Translations under genes and position numbers: made by a program | Shown: positions 16,702 to 24,477 of the stretch, in pieces | How positions within the stretch are numbered: the stretch's first letter is position 1 | Layout of the letters: the number at the start of each line of letters is the position of its first letter | The notes under the pieces: model-generated | Told to the model about the DNA's origin: nothing | Databases searched by the model: none | Seen by the model: the letters and a program-made list of their open reading frames with translations, nothing else | DNA from: a virus | Virus record (IMG/VR): IMGVR_UViG_3300033549_000069 | Coordinates: 1 to 24,827 of that record | Direction: 5' to 3' (one strand) | DNA length: 24,827 nt

Positions 16702-17078
16702 CACTTACCCTCTCCCCCAGGCAGGCCCGCCGGAGCAGATCTCGTCTCCCCGTCCTTCACCCCGACCCGCAGCCGTACCGCCTCCTCCGCCGCGTTGGCC
16801 AGTTGGTGCGCCCGGTCGTAGGCCAGCCCGTCCCACCGCATCAACGCCCACTCCACCAGCTCGTGGACAAGGATCGCCGTGCGATCCGGCCCGGCCGACC
16901 CACGCTCGATCCAGACCTCGTCCTGTGGAATCCACGGGTACACCTCGTGGTGGCCGCCTACCGCGAACGACTGGTCCTGCGCCCGCGCCTGCGCGCCGTC
17001 CACCACCCGCACCGTGATCGTCGCCAAAGGCGCGTCCGTGGCCTCTTCCAGCCGTCGGATCACAGATCGCATAGTCAT
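16701..17078 (-). CDS. Leader-bearing small protein with HExxE...YxxAH putative metal site
   Basis: MTMRSVIRRLEE; GGHH.VY.WIP..EVWIE...VHELVE...YDRAH; RBS AGGTG. Confidence 0.7.
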   Translation of the reverse strand: MTMRSVIRRLEEATDAPLATITVRVVDGAQARAQDQSFAVGGHHEVYPWIPQDEVWIERGSAGPDRTAILVHELVEWALMRWDGLAYDRAHQLANAAEEAVRLRVGVKDGETRSAPAGLPGGEGK

Positions 17079-17085
17079 GGGCCAC

Positions 17086-18036
17086 CTACTTCGCGTTGCG
17101 GATGATCGCTTCCTCGTTGCCATCGACGAACGCCTTGACCAACCACCCGTTCACCTCGGTCTTGTCCAACTGGACCAATACCGAACGCGGGGGCTGGCGC
17201 GTCGTCACGAGGAACATCTTCGAGGATTTCTTCCCCGTAGCCGGAATGGCCATGAGCAGGCTCTTCGGATTTGGCACCGCCAACACGTCCTCGCCATCCA
17301 CCTTGATCCACTCCGTCTGGTTGGCCTCGATGGCTGCGATGCGCTTGTTCCTCGGATCGTTCGGATCCGCCTCGCGCCGCTTGCGATCCGCTGCCCTATC
17401 CGCTTCTCTCTTGTTCGCCGCCGCAACGTGCTGGGCGTCTGGAACCGCAACGGACCCGCGATACTCGTACTTCTCGAACAACGCTCTCATGCTCGACATG
17501 GCATACTCCTCATTCGCATCCTGCACGTACTGACGTGCCTGTCGTTTCCACTTTGCCCCTTGGCTGTCCACGACCACGCCCTTCCACTGCGGAAGCAGCA
17601 CCAGCACCTCATCCTCGTTGTCATGGATCTCGAACGGTATCGCATCCCCGTGCCGGTCGATCTCGTCGTACAGTCCCGACCGTGTGAGCCGCGTCACCAG
17701 CGCCGCCAGCCGCACCGTGTCGATGGTGCCTAGATACGTCTCCAGGAATTTGCCCGAGAATACCCGCGAGCCAAAGAACGTCCCCGCGCTCCCCCGCTTA
17801 AACGACAGCACCGGCTTTTCCTTGACCGCAATCCCATCCGACGAGCGCTCCAGCCGCGCCACGTTTGGCGTCGCGATGTACGACCGGAAGTCCTCTGGCA
17901 GATCCCGCCATGCCTCCACGACCCGCATTCGATCCATAGCGTGGTAGTTGGAGTACGACTGGAACGCCACGATCAGACGCAGGAACCGCCTGATGCGCTC
18001 GATGTCGACATCGGAATAATCTCGGTATCGAATCAT
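17086..18036 (-). CDS. Two-domain protein; N-terminal domain is a candidate R-S-E ADP-ribosyltransferase
   Basis: LERS...PVLSF...NEDEVLVL in ART order; internal EE-YAMSS-MRALFE junction. The ORF is solid, the function tentative. Confidence 0.55.
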   Translation of the reverse strand: MIRYRDYSDVDIERIRRFLRLIVAFQSYSNYHAMDRMRVVEAWRDLPEDFRSYIATPNVARLERSSDGIAVKEKPVLSFKRGSAGTFFGSRVFSGKFLETYLGTIDTVRLAALVTRLTRSGLYDEIDRHGDAIPFEIHDNEDEVLVLLPQWKGVVVDSQGAKWKRQARQYVQDANEEYAMSSMRALFEKYEYRGSVAVPDAQHVAAANKREADRAADRKRREADPNDPRNKRIAAIEANQTEWIKVDGEDVLAVPNPKSLLMAIPATGKKSSKMFLVTTRQPPRSVLVQLDKTEVNGWLVKAFVDGNEEAIIRNAK

Positions 18037-18052
18037 CTCGCTGCCACATGTC

Positions 18053-18649
18053 TCACTGCGCCACCATCCTATCGAAGTCCACCGTATCGAGTTCCCCGAT
18101 CTTGACCCCCTGCACCAGCACGTCCCAGTTCGTGTTGACCTGGAAGTTCGTCAGCGTCGGCACGCTCCGCTGGTGCCGGATCAGGTTGATGCAGTTCAGC
18201 GTCTCCACATCAAAGTGGTTCAGCAGCAGCCGCAGGGCGTCCTTGGGCGCGTAGTCCTTGCACGAGAAGGCGTCGAACGCGAAATAGTTGTCCGCGTCCC
18301 AGGTATGGATCGCGCAATGCGACTCCGCCCACACGCTGATCCCCGTGACCCCGCTCTCCTCCACCTGCCGCCGCGCTAAAAACTGCCGCATGGTGCGGAT
18401 CGAGGCCAGGTCCGGCTGCGGCACCTGCTTCTCAAGATCGCGCTCCACGCTGTGGCAGAAGTTCTCCAGCTCGCTGTTCGCAAACGGATACCGACATACG
18501 ATGGGCGGGATAATCAAGGTCATGTCCAGGTTGCGAGCCAGGGACTCGAACAGCGAAAAGATGGTGTCCGTGGACGTCAGGTTCCGCCGGTTGTACGTCG
18601 ATGCGTCCACGATCAGGTGCCGCCCCACGAAGTCGGTCGTCACATTCAT
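18053..18649 (-). CDS. speD: S-adenosylmethionine decarboxylase proenzyme family (pyruvoyl-dependent)
   Basis: GRHLIVDA...GVTGISVWAESHCAIHTW..NYFAFDAFSC with the E|SH autocleavage motif; ATG 18649, RBS GAGGAG. Confidence 0.9.
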   Translation of the reverse strand: MNVTTDFVGRHLIVDASTYNRRNLTSTDTIFSLFESLARNLDMTLIIPPIVCRYPFANSELENFCHSVERDLEKQVPQPDLASIRTMRQFLARRQVEESGVTGISVWAESHCAIHTWDADNYFAFDAFSCKDYAPKDALRLLLNHFDVETLNCINLIRHQRSVPTLTNFQVNTNWDVLVQGVKIGELDTVDFDRMVAQ

Positions 18650-18693
18650 TTCAGCGCACTCCTCTCCTGGCTCCCCAGGGAATCCACTCAAAC

Positions 18694-19122
18694 TCACCCT
18701 CGGTGAATGGCATCTCCTTGGATGTCTTTCCACCCGCCACTCAAGACCGCAAATTTCTCCTCCGGCGTCAACGTGATCTCCATCCCCACCTTCACGCCCT
18801 CGGGGTTATTTCCGTAGTAATAATACCACATCTTGTCCCCACGACTTTTCGCGTGCGTCCACCGGCGATGCTTGTACTGCTGAAGAATATGGCTCTCCAA
18901 CTGCTTCTTCGCCGCGAGTAGGCGCTGCTGTGACGACTTACCCGTACCTCTTAACGACAGGTAGAGTGATCCCTGAACAGGATAAACGAGAATGTCAGGA
19001 TCGAGGTGTTGCTTCGCCCACTCGTTGATCGCACGCATAATCGCGTCCACATCGGAACGCTCAGCCGGTTTGGCCTCGTCCTGATCCATCTTCTCTTCCA
19101 ATGTCTTCAAGATCTGTCGCAT
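18694..19122 (-). CDS. Leader-bearing protein (MRQILKTLEE)
   Basis: 142 aa ORF starting with the motif. Confidence 0.75.
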   Translation of the reverse strand: MRQILKTLEEKMDQDEAKPAERSDVDAIMRAINEWAKQHLDPDILVYPVQGSLYLSLRGTGKSSQQRLLAAKKQLESHILQQYKHRRWTHAKSRGDKMWYYYYGNNPEGVKVGMEITLTPEEKFAVLSGGWKDIQGDAIHRG

Positions 19123-19224
19123 GACTGTCCATTCTTTACGCTTCCACTACAATAGAAGCTCGTTCCGCCACTGCTGCCACAGCGTCGTCACATTCATGTC
19201 AACGCTCCTACAAGGCGTTGAGAG

Positions 19225-19749
19225 CTATGGCAGAACCCACAGGTCGGATCCCATCGACTGCAACCGCGAATGCCCCGTGCGTAGCTGCTGCCACAGCTCG
19301 CCGCGCATGTCATTCACGAGATTTACCTGTTCACGCTCATCCCACGGTATCCCCTTCCAGGAAGTCCGCACCTGATAACGATCCTTGCCCACACGGAACA
19401 TCTGCGTGATTCTCCATGAGTCTGGCAGGTTGCGCCCACGCGGCGCAGGCTCGTCCTCTTTCTTCGGTTCCCCTACGCTCTTCACGTCCGACCTTGACAG
19501 GTCAGATCCATCCTTGTCTGGGTAGCAATCAGGATAGGAAGCGGGCACTTCCACATGCCCACGCTCCAGACGCACCTCGACGCTGCCACGCTCCTTGACA
19601 ACCCGCTCCACTTCGCCGGGATACCCATTACAGATCACGCGGTCCCCCACCTTGAACTGGAACCGCTGTCCAATCTTGTAGGGCTCCGGCTTGTCCTTCA
19701 TCGTCTTGGCCTCTTCCAACCGCTCGATCAATGACCGCATCCTCGTCAT
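19225..19749 (-). CDS. Leader-bearing protein (MRSLIERLEE) with KOW/SH3-like barrel
   Basis: FKVGDRV....G.V..V....VEVRL..G.V.V; RBS AGGAGG. Confidence 0.8.
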   Translation of the reverse strand: MTRMRSLIERLEEAKTMKDKPEPYKIGQRFQFKVGDRVICNGYPGEVERVVKERGSVEVRLERGHVEVPASYPDCYPDKDGSDLSRSDVKSVGEPKKEDEPAPRGRNLPDSWRITQMFRVGKDRYQVRTSWKGIPWDEREQVNLVNDMRGELWQQLRTGHSRLQSMGSDLWVLP

Positions 19750-19762
19750 CCTGTCCTCCTAG

Positions 19763-19776
19763 CGAACCCAGGTTCG
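19763..19776. promoter_or_regulatory. Palindromic site CGAACCCAGGTTCG (copy 5)
   Basis: Abuts the RBS of 19225..19749. Confidence 0.65.
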
Positions 19777-19805
19777 CGTATTGATCATCTACTGGCGTGC
19801 ATCAT

Positions 19806-20768
19806 TCAAAATCCACTCGTGATCTTGAACATCTCTCTAGCCGACTGGATCTCGTCGATGATCCCCTTGATCAAGTTCCTTGGAGAATCAACGCTGAGGT
19901 CACGAAGGAGCAAAAGAGAAACCTTTTGAAAAGCCATCACGGCATCACGCAAGGCGAACATTCCATCGTCGATCCCGCCTCTATCCAACTCTTCGTTAGT
20001 AACCGCTTCCTTGAAGGATGACACCGCCTTGCGAACATGCTTCCATCCCGCGTCGTATTGCTTCTGCGCATCCATATCGCTGAACTGGAGCTTGTTGTAC
20101 TCGCTGGTCTTAGACCGCTTTACGATCTGGACCAACATGTCCAAAACCGACTGAGCCACAAACACCTGTTCCTTGTCATACTTCTCATTCTCCCTGGTCA
20201 GCCGAGTCAACGCAGCCTTTGTTCCCCGATCACTCTCTTCCAATCGACGAATCAGACCACGCATCGTCATCATTCCGTTGCTGTTGTTTTGCTCCGACAA
20301 CGTCGTCCCAAAAAGCGCCAATGCCTTCTCTACCCGAGCCCGACCCGTTGGTAGAGTCAACGTCTCAGGTTGCACGCCAAGCAGGACCGCGAAGCGTGCA
20401 GGCCGTCCGTTGGAATCCTTCCCCTGCTTCATCACATACGCAATCTCTTCCAGCTTGCTCCGCGAGAACTCCTCGACAGGGGATAAAACCAGAAGTCCGC
20501 CGTGCTCCAAAGCCACCTCACCGACACGCCGTTTCCCGCCCGTCAGCCCGTCTGCCGGAGCGGAAAAATGAGGGATGCGAATGCGCAAATTGGATGGCGC
20601 ACCAAAAGGCGGATCGCCATACACCTCCTTGCGCACCTGCTCAGCCTCTTTCTCCAAGTCTGCCCGCTCGGCAGGAATGTACTCAATGGCTTGCTGCATA
20701 CCGAACCACTGCATTCCCTTCGGCATGAGGACGGCTCGCGCTTGTCCAATTTGAATCTTCTGGGTCAT
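19806..20768 (-). CDS. Degenerate ComM/YifB (Mg-chelatase-like AAA+) fragment fused through MRGLIRRLEE to a helical domain
   Basis: RIPHFSA..GLTGG...GEVALEHGGLLVLSPVEEFSRSKLE...PARFAVL resembles ComM RxPHH...L.GG...GEISLAH.GVLFLDE.PEF.R..LE...PARF; ATG 20768, RBS AAAGGA. Confidence 0.7.
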   Translation of the reverse strand: MTQKIQIGQARAVLMPKGMQWFGMQQAIEYIPAERADLEKEAEQVRKEVYGDPPFGAPSNLRIRIPHFSAPADGLTGGKRRVGEVALEHGGLLVLSPVEEFSRSKLEEIAYVMKQGKDSNGRPARFAVLLGVQPETLTLPTGRARVEKALALFGTTLSEQNNSNGMMTMRGLIRRLEESDRGTKAALTRLTRENEKYDKEQVFVAQSVLDMLVQIVKRSKTSEYNKLQFSDMDAQKQYDAGWKHVRKAVSSFKEAVTNEELDRGGIDDGMFALRDAVMAFQKVSLLLLRDLSVDSPRNLIKGIIDEIQSAREMFKITSGF

Positions 20769-20784
20769 CGGATTATCCTTTTCG

Positions 20785-21150
20785 TCACGACGCCACCATC
20801 CTGACCACAACCGGGCTCGTCGGGGCTGTCACGCCTGCCGTGCCGCCCGCCGTCACACACGCAAACGACAGCGCCGTGAAGGACCAGCCCTCTGGCACCA
20901 CGAACGCCCGCCGCTTGTTCACGCCGACCAAAAACACGAGGTCCGGCGGCGTGGTCCCCACGACCGGCGCAGCGTCGCTGTAGACCTTCAAATACGCCGG
21001 GTCCACCGTGTTGGCCGTGTTGTCCACGTCCACCATGTACAGCGTGCCCGCTGCGCCCGTGACGTTGTTGTCCGGGGTCGCGCCCACACTGGTCTGCGCG
21101 ATCAGTTTGCTCCCTACCGGGGAGACCTGCGTTGAAACGGATAGCGGCAT
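20785..21150 (-). CDS. Beta-rich small protein, probably virion structural or decoration
   Basis: T/V/G/A-rich, YLKVY..A.PVVGTT.PD; RBS AAGGAGG. The function is inference. Confidence 0.6.
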   Translation of the reverse strand: MPLSVSTQVSPVGSKLIAQTSVGATPDNNVTGAAGTLYMVDVDNTANTVDPAYLKVYSDAAPVVGTTPPDLVFLVGVNKRRAFVVPEGWSFTALSFACVTAGGTAGVTAPTSPVVVRMVAS

Positions 21151-21184
21151 CTATGCCTCCTTGGTTTGCGACCTGATCCTTCGC

Positions 21185-21523
21185 CTATTGCCCTGCGCCC
21201 CGCGCCGCCCAGATCGACGACTGCGCCACGGCCTCCTCCTGGCCCTCACCCTCAGCCTCGCCCTCCTCCCCCTCCGGGGCCTCTTCCGCCGACAGCGCCG
21301 ACCCGAACCCCACCAGCTCGAACCGCGCCTCGGGCGCCGCCGCCTTCAGCGCGTCCATCTGCTCGCCCACCGTCTCCAGGGGCCCCACCAGCGCCTCCGG
21401 CTCCGCCCCCGTCACTCGCACCTCCACAAACACCGGGTGTCGCGCCAGCCAGGTCTCCAGGCCCTTCCGGAGCATGTCCTGGCCACTCCTCGCCGTCCCC
21501 GCTGCCTTGTCCTGCTTCTTCAT
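21185..21523 (-). CDS. Acidic hypothetical protein
   Basis: RBS GGAGG, ATGA overlap, E-rich tail. Confidence 0.7.
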   Translation of the reverse strand: MKKQDKAAGTARSGQDMLRKGLETWLARHPVFVEVRVTGAEPEALVGPLETVGEQMDALKAAAPEARFELVGFGSALSAEEAPEGEEGEAEGEGQEEAVAQSSIWAARGAGQ

Positions 21524-22161
21524 GCTCGCCTCCGTAGCATCGCCTCAATGTCTACCGTCAGCGGCACCCACGCCTCCCAGCGCTTCGCCACCCAGCTCTC
21601 GCCGCGATTCTCATCCACCAGCGCCTCGCCCAGGTCGATCCGCCCCACCGACAGGTCGCTCAGCACCCAGCGATCCCGCTGCGGCCACCCCACGAAGCGC
21701 CACAGCCCGTCCTCCCAGAACAGCGACCGGATCGCCCCGCGTATCGCCTCCTCCCGCTCCTCGGCCACCACGCGCATCGCCGCCCCCAGCCGCTCCAGCG
21801 CCAGGTGGTCGTCACAGGGCGCCGCCAGCGCCTGCGACATGAACGCCTCCGTCGCGCTCGGATCGATGCTCACGCCCGCGCTCGTGCCCCGCGCCGGGCG
21901 CACCGCGAAGCGCCCCGTGTAGCGAGTGCCCCGCCCGAGCGTATCGTCCACCGCCTCCTGGCCCATGCGCACCACCACGCAGGTGTCCGCCCCGCCCAGC
22001 CGCACGAACAGCGGCGGCGGGCCGTCCCGCCAGGTGCCCCCGTTCGGCATGCGCCCGTCCCGCAGGAGCGCCAGCGCCTGCCGATAGGGCGCATCCTCCG
22101 GGATCGCCGGGGGCCGCGCCACCTGCATGATCGCCTCGGACAGGATCGCCAATCGTCCCAT
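21520..22161 (-). CDS. Hypothetical protein (starts MGRLAILSE)
   Basis: 213 aa, RBS AAGGAG. Confidence 0.7.
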   Translation of the reverse strand: MGRLAILSEAIMQVARPPAIPEDAPYRQALALLRDGRMPNGGTWRDGPPPLFVRLGGADTCVVVRMGQEAVDDTLGRGTRYTGRFAVRPARGTSAGVSIDPSATEAFMSQALAAPCDDHLALERLGAAMRVVAEEREEAIRGAIRSLFWEDGLWRFVGWPQRDRWVLSDLSVGRIDLGEALVDENRGESWVAKRWEAWVPLTVDIEAMLRRRA

Positions 22162-22170
22162 GGGATCTCC

Positions 22171-23625
22171 TTACAGGCTCAGGGCCAAGCCCGTGTAGTC
22201 CGACACCACGCGCTGGAGCACCTCCGAGTAGATGTCGTCCATCTCCTTGGTTATTCGCCCCGCCCGCGTCATGAACTGGATCACATAGGTGTCGTCCGGT
22301 GCCAACGCGATCCGCATCACCTTGGCGTTCCCATGTGGAAACTGCACCTGCAAGCCAGGCCACTTCCGCTCCGCGTCCAGCGTGTCAAACGCCAGCAGGT
22401 TCCTCGCGCCCGTCATTACCAGGAAGCGCCGCCCGCCCAACTGCCGCAAAATCTCGTCCGCGATCTCTTTAGACCGACCGGCTTCCTCTTCCAGGCGTTG
22501 GAATAGCGACTGCATGTCCTCGTTTTTGCCAAAGAGACTCATCTGCCCCTTTTGTTTAGGAACACCGCGTCCCTTCCGCCAATCCCCGCCCTTGCCAGTC
22601 CAGCCGGGACGCCATGGCGCACCACCCCACGGACCCTCGGGCACGCCCTCCCCGGGATCGTTCGGAAAGAACATTCGCTTTCCACGCACCGTCACCCACT
22701 TGCCCTCCACCTCGCCCTCTGGCCCTGGCATCGTCCCCTCGCCACCCGCGTCCACGCCCTTTCTCACCGGTCCACCAGCCTTGAGCTTATCCAATGACGC
22801 CTTCTCGCCAGAGAAGATCTTCTTCCCGCCGACGTGACCACCACCGGCCATCAACTCTTTCTTCCGTTCTGTTTCCTGTCGTTTCTCCGCATCTGCCTCT
22901 CGCTCCTTGGCAGCCTGCTTAGCTCGCGCATCTCGCTGGTCTATTTGCTTCTGTGACATGTGCTCGCCCGTCTTCATGTCCACCATAGCATCTGACCCAT
23001 TATCAGCAGCCTTGGAGCGTGCAACCGCGTCCTTGTCTGCTCTGAATCCCTTGTCACCAAGGAAGCTATCGAAAACGCGTTCGATATTGTCTATGAAAGC
23101 ATGTTTCCGTGCGGCGGGCTTCTTTGCCATGCCACGCATCAACCGATCAAAATTGTCGCGTGCCTTCTGAGATGCCGCCTTGTCACTCATCACACGTAGG
23201 CGTGATCGAATATCATCAGCCCGCGCTTCTCCAGGTGGCAGTCGTTCATATTTCCCTGCGCTGTCTTTTTGCCAAACAGCCCCCTCTTCCAGTTGCCGGA
23301 TCAAGCTCCGCATCGTCTCCTCCGTGGGTTGTGCAGCCTTGAGCCGCAGCACCTTGTCCGGTTCAAAACGCGCCATGCTCAGCAGCTTCTTGCGCGCCTG
23401 CACCACCGTCATCCCTGATTTCTCTGCCAGTCGCCGAAGCTGCGCGTCGTCCATGTTGTCCACGAAGTCCTTAGCCTCCACGGATCTCGCGTGCTTGTCC
23501 TTGGCCGCTGCCTTGGCATCCCGCTGCTGCCCAGCTTTGAAGCGGTCGATCTGCGCGTCCAGGCTCCCACCCCCGCGCTTGTCGAGCGGCAGGTTGACAA
23601 CGCCATGGTCCAATTTTTCTGCCAT
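22171..23625 (-). CDS. Three-module polyprotein-like protein with two internal leader motifs
   Basis: Internal MRSLIRQLEE (23284-23313) and MQSLFQRLEE (22486-22515); WVTVRGKRMF; QMSLF; C-terminal ILRQLGGRRF..MTGA...YTGL.LSL phage domain. Confidence 0.8.
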   Translation of the reverse strand: MAEKLDHGVVNLPLDKRGGGSLDAQIDRFKAGQQRDAKAAAKDKHARSVEAKDFVDNMDDAQLRRLAEKSGMTVVQARKKLLSMARFEPDKVLRLKAAQPTEETMRSLIRQLEEGAVWQKDSAGKYERLPPGEARADDIRSRLRVMSDKAASQKARDNFDRLMRGMAKKPAARKHAFIDNIERVFDSFLGDKGFRADKDAVARSKAADNGSDAMVDMKTGEHMSQKQIDQRDARAKQAAKEREADAEKRQETERKKELMAGGGHVGGKKIFSGEKASLDKLKAGGPVRKGVDAGGEGTMPGPEGEVEGKWVTVRGKRMFFPNDPGEGVPEGPWGGAPWRPGWTGKGGDWRKGRGVPKQKGQMSLFGKNEDMQSLFQRLEEEAGRSKEIADEILRQLGGRRFLVMTGARNLLAFDTLDAERKWPGLQVQFPHGNAKVMRIALAPDDTYVIQFMTRAGRITKEMDDIYSEVLQRVVSDYTGLALSL

Positions 23626-23644
23626 CGTGTGCCTCGTCAATAGG

Positions 23645-23658
23645 CGAACCTGGGTTCG
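23645..23658. promoter_or_regulatory. Palindromic site CGAACCTGGGTTCG (copy 6)
   Basis: 4 bp upstream of a minus-strand TTGACG (23640-23635), the same geometry as copy 1. Confidence 0.65.
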
Positions 23659-23667
23659 CGTCAGATC

Positions 23668-24414
23668 TCAGTACCCGCCACCCATGAAGGCTTCATCATC
23701 CTTGGCCGCCTGGAAATCCCGCCACGCCTGGTCCTTGTTGGCCCCGGCATACGTGGTCCCGTCCTTGTAGATCATGACCTCGTCGCCCTTCTTGTAGGCC
23801 AGGCCCTTGGCGTCGGTCCCTGCGACCTTCGCCTTCGTGAGGTAGGGATCTCGGCTGTAGGATTGACGACGACCGAATCGCTCGTCCAGCACGCCATCGT
23901 CCGCATCCGTCTCCTCGGATCGGATCGTCTTTCCAGCGGCGCTCTTCACGAAGAAGGCCATGCGCACCCATGCCTTGCCCAGCATGCCAGCGGCCTCCAT
24001 GGCATACCCGGCCAGCTTCTCGTCGCCGTCCTCCGAGATGCGCTCCGCCATGCGTTGCACTTCCAACTCCATCGCCTTGATCTCAGACAAGATCTCACGA
24101 TGGCGTGGACGACCCTGTGAGCCCTCTTCGAGTTGTCGAATCATACTCCGCATGCTGGTCTCCTCCTGCTTGCGCCCGGCCTGCACCGCACGCTCGTAAT
24201 CTGCATTCTTCTGGTCCATATCCGGCGCATTCTTGAAAGCTCGTTCCCTCGCGGCACCCTTGCCGGTCATCTTGGACGAGCCCTTTTTAGTGTAGCCAGA
24301 CTTCTGGGATTGCGCCGTACAGATTGCGAAGGCCGACCCAAGCTCTTTGCCAGTCGCCGTCACATCTGCCACACACCGCTGCATAAATCGTGGATTCACG
24401 TCGCGTCCTGGCAT
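23668..24414 (-). CDS. Polyprotein-like protein with internal MRSMIRQLEE
   Basis: ATG 24414, RBS GGAGGT; modules RCV..V....SAFAIC, a helical middle, and YSRDPY..KA...KKGD after an acidic VLDE linker. Confidence 0.8.
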   Translation of the reverse strand: MPGRDVNPRFMQRCVADVTATGKELGSAFAICTAQSQKSGYTKKGSSKMTGKGAARERAFKNAPDMDQKNADYERAVQAGRKQEETSMRSMIRQLEEGSQGRPRHREILSEIKAMELEVQRMAERISEDGDEKLAGYAMEAAGMLGKAWVRMAFFVKSAAGKTIRSEETDADDGVLDERFGRRQSYSRDPYLTKAKVAGTDAKGLAYKKGDEVMIYKDGTTYAGANKDQAWRDFQAAKDDEAFMGGGY

Positions 24415-24477
24415 GTCGTACCTCCAATTCTTACTTTGTAGCACGATGGCGAAAGGCGGATCTATCTTTTCACATCG

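Noticed and set aside
2863-23658. GGTTCG in the palindromes as tRNA T-loops or CRISPR repeats
   Set aside because: No cloverleaf around them, and copies are hundreds to thousands of bases apart with no repeat-spacer periodicity.
12759-24153. Tag-coding DNA as a mobile repeat or recombination site
   Set aside because: Synonymous positions vary freely, so conservation is at the peptide level. Recombination between the closest copies is still possible.
12759-24153. Tag as a Sec or Tat signal peptide
   Set aside because: No hydrophobic h-region follows, RR is not invariant, and several copies are internal.
28-24441. Many long plus-strand ORFs in the track (for example 12564..13424, 16879..17733, 21008..21922)
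   Set aside because: They are antisense shadows of well-supported minus-strand genes in GC-rich DNA, with no convincing RBS or motifs.
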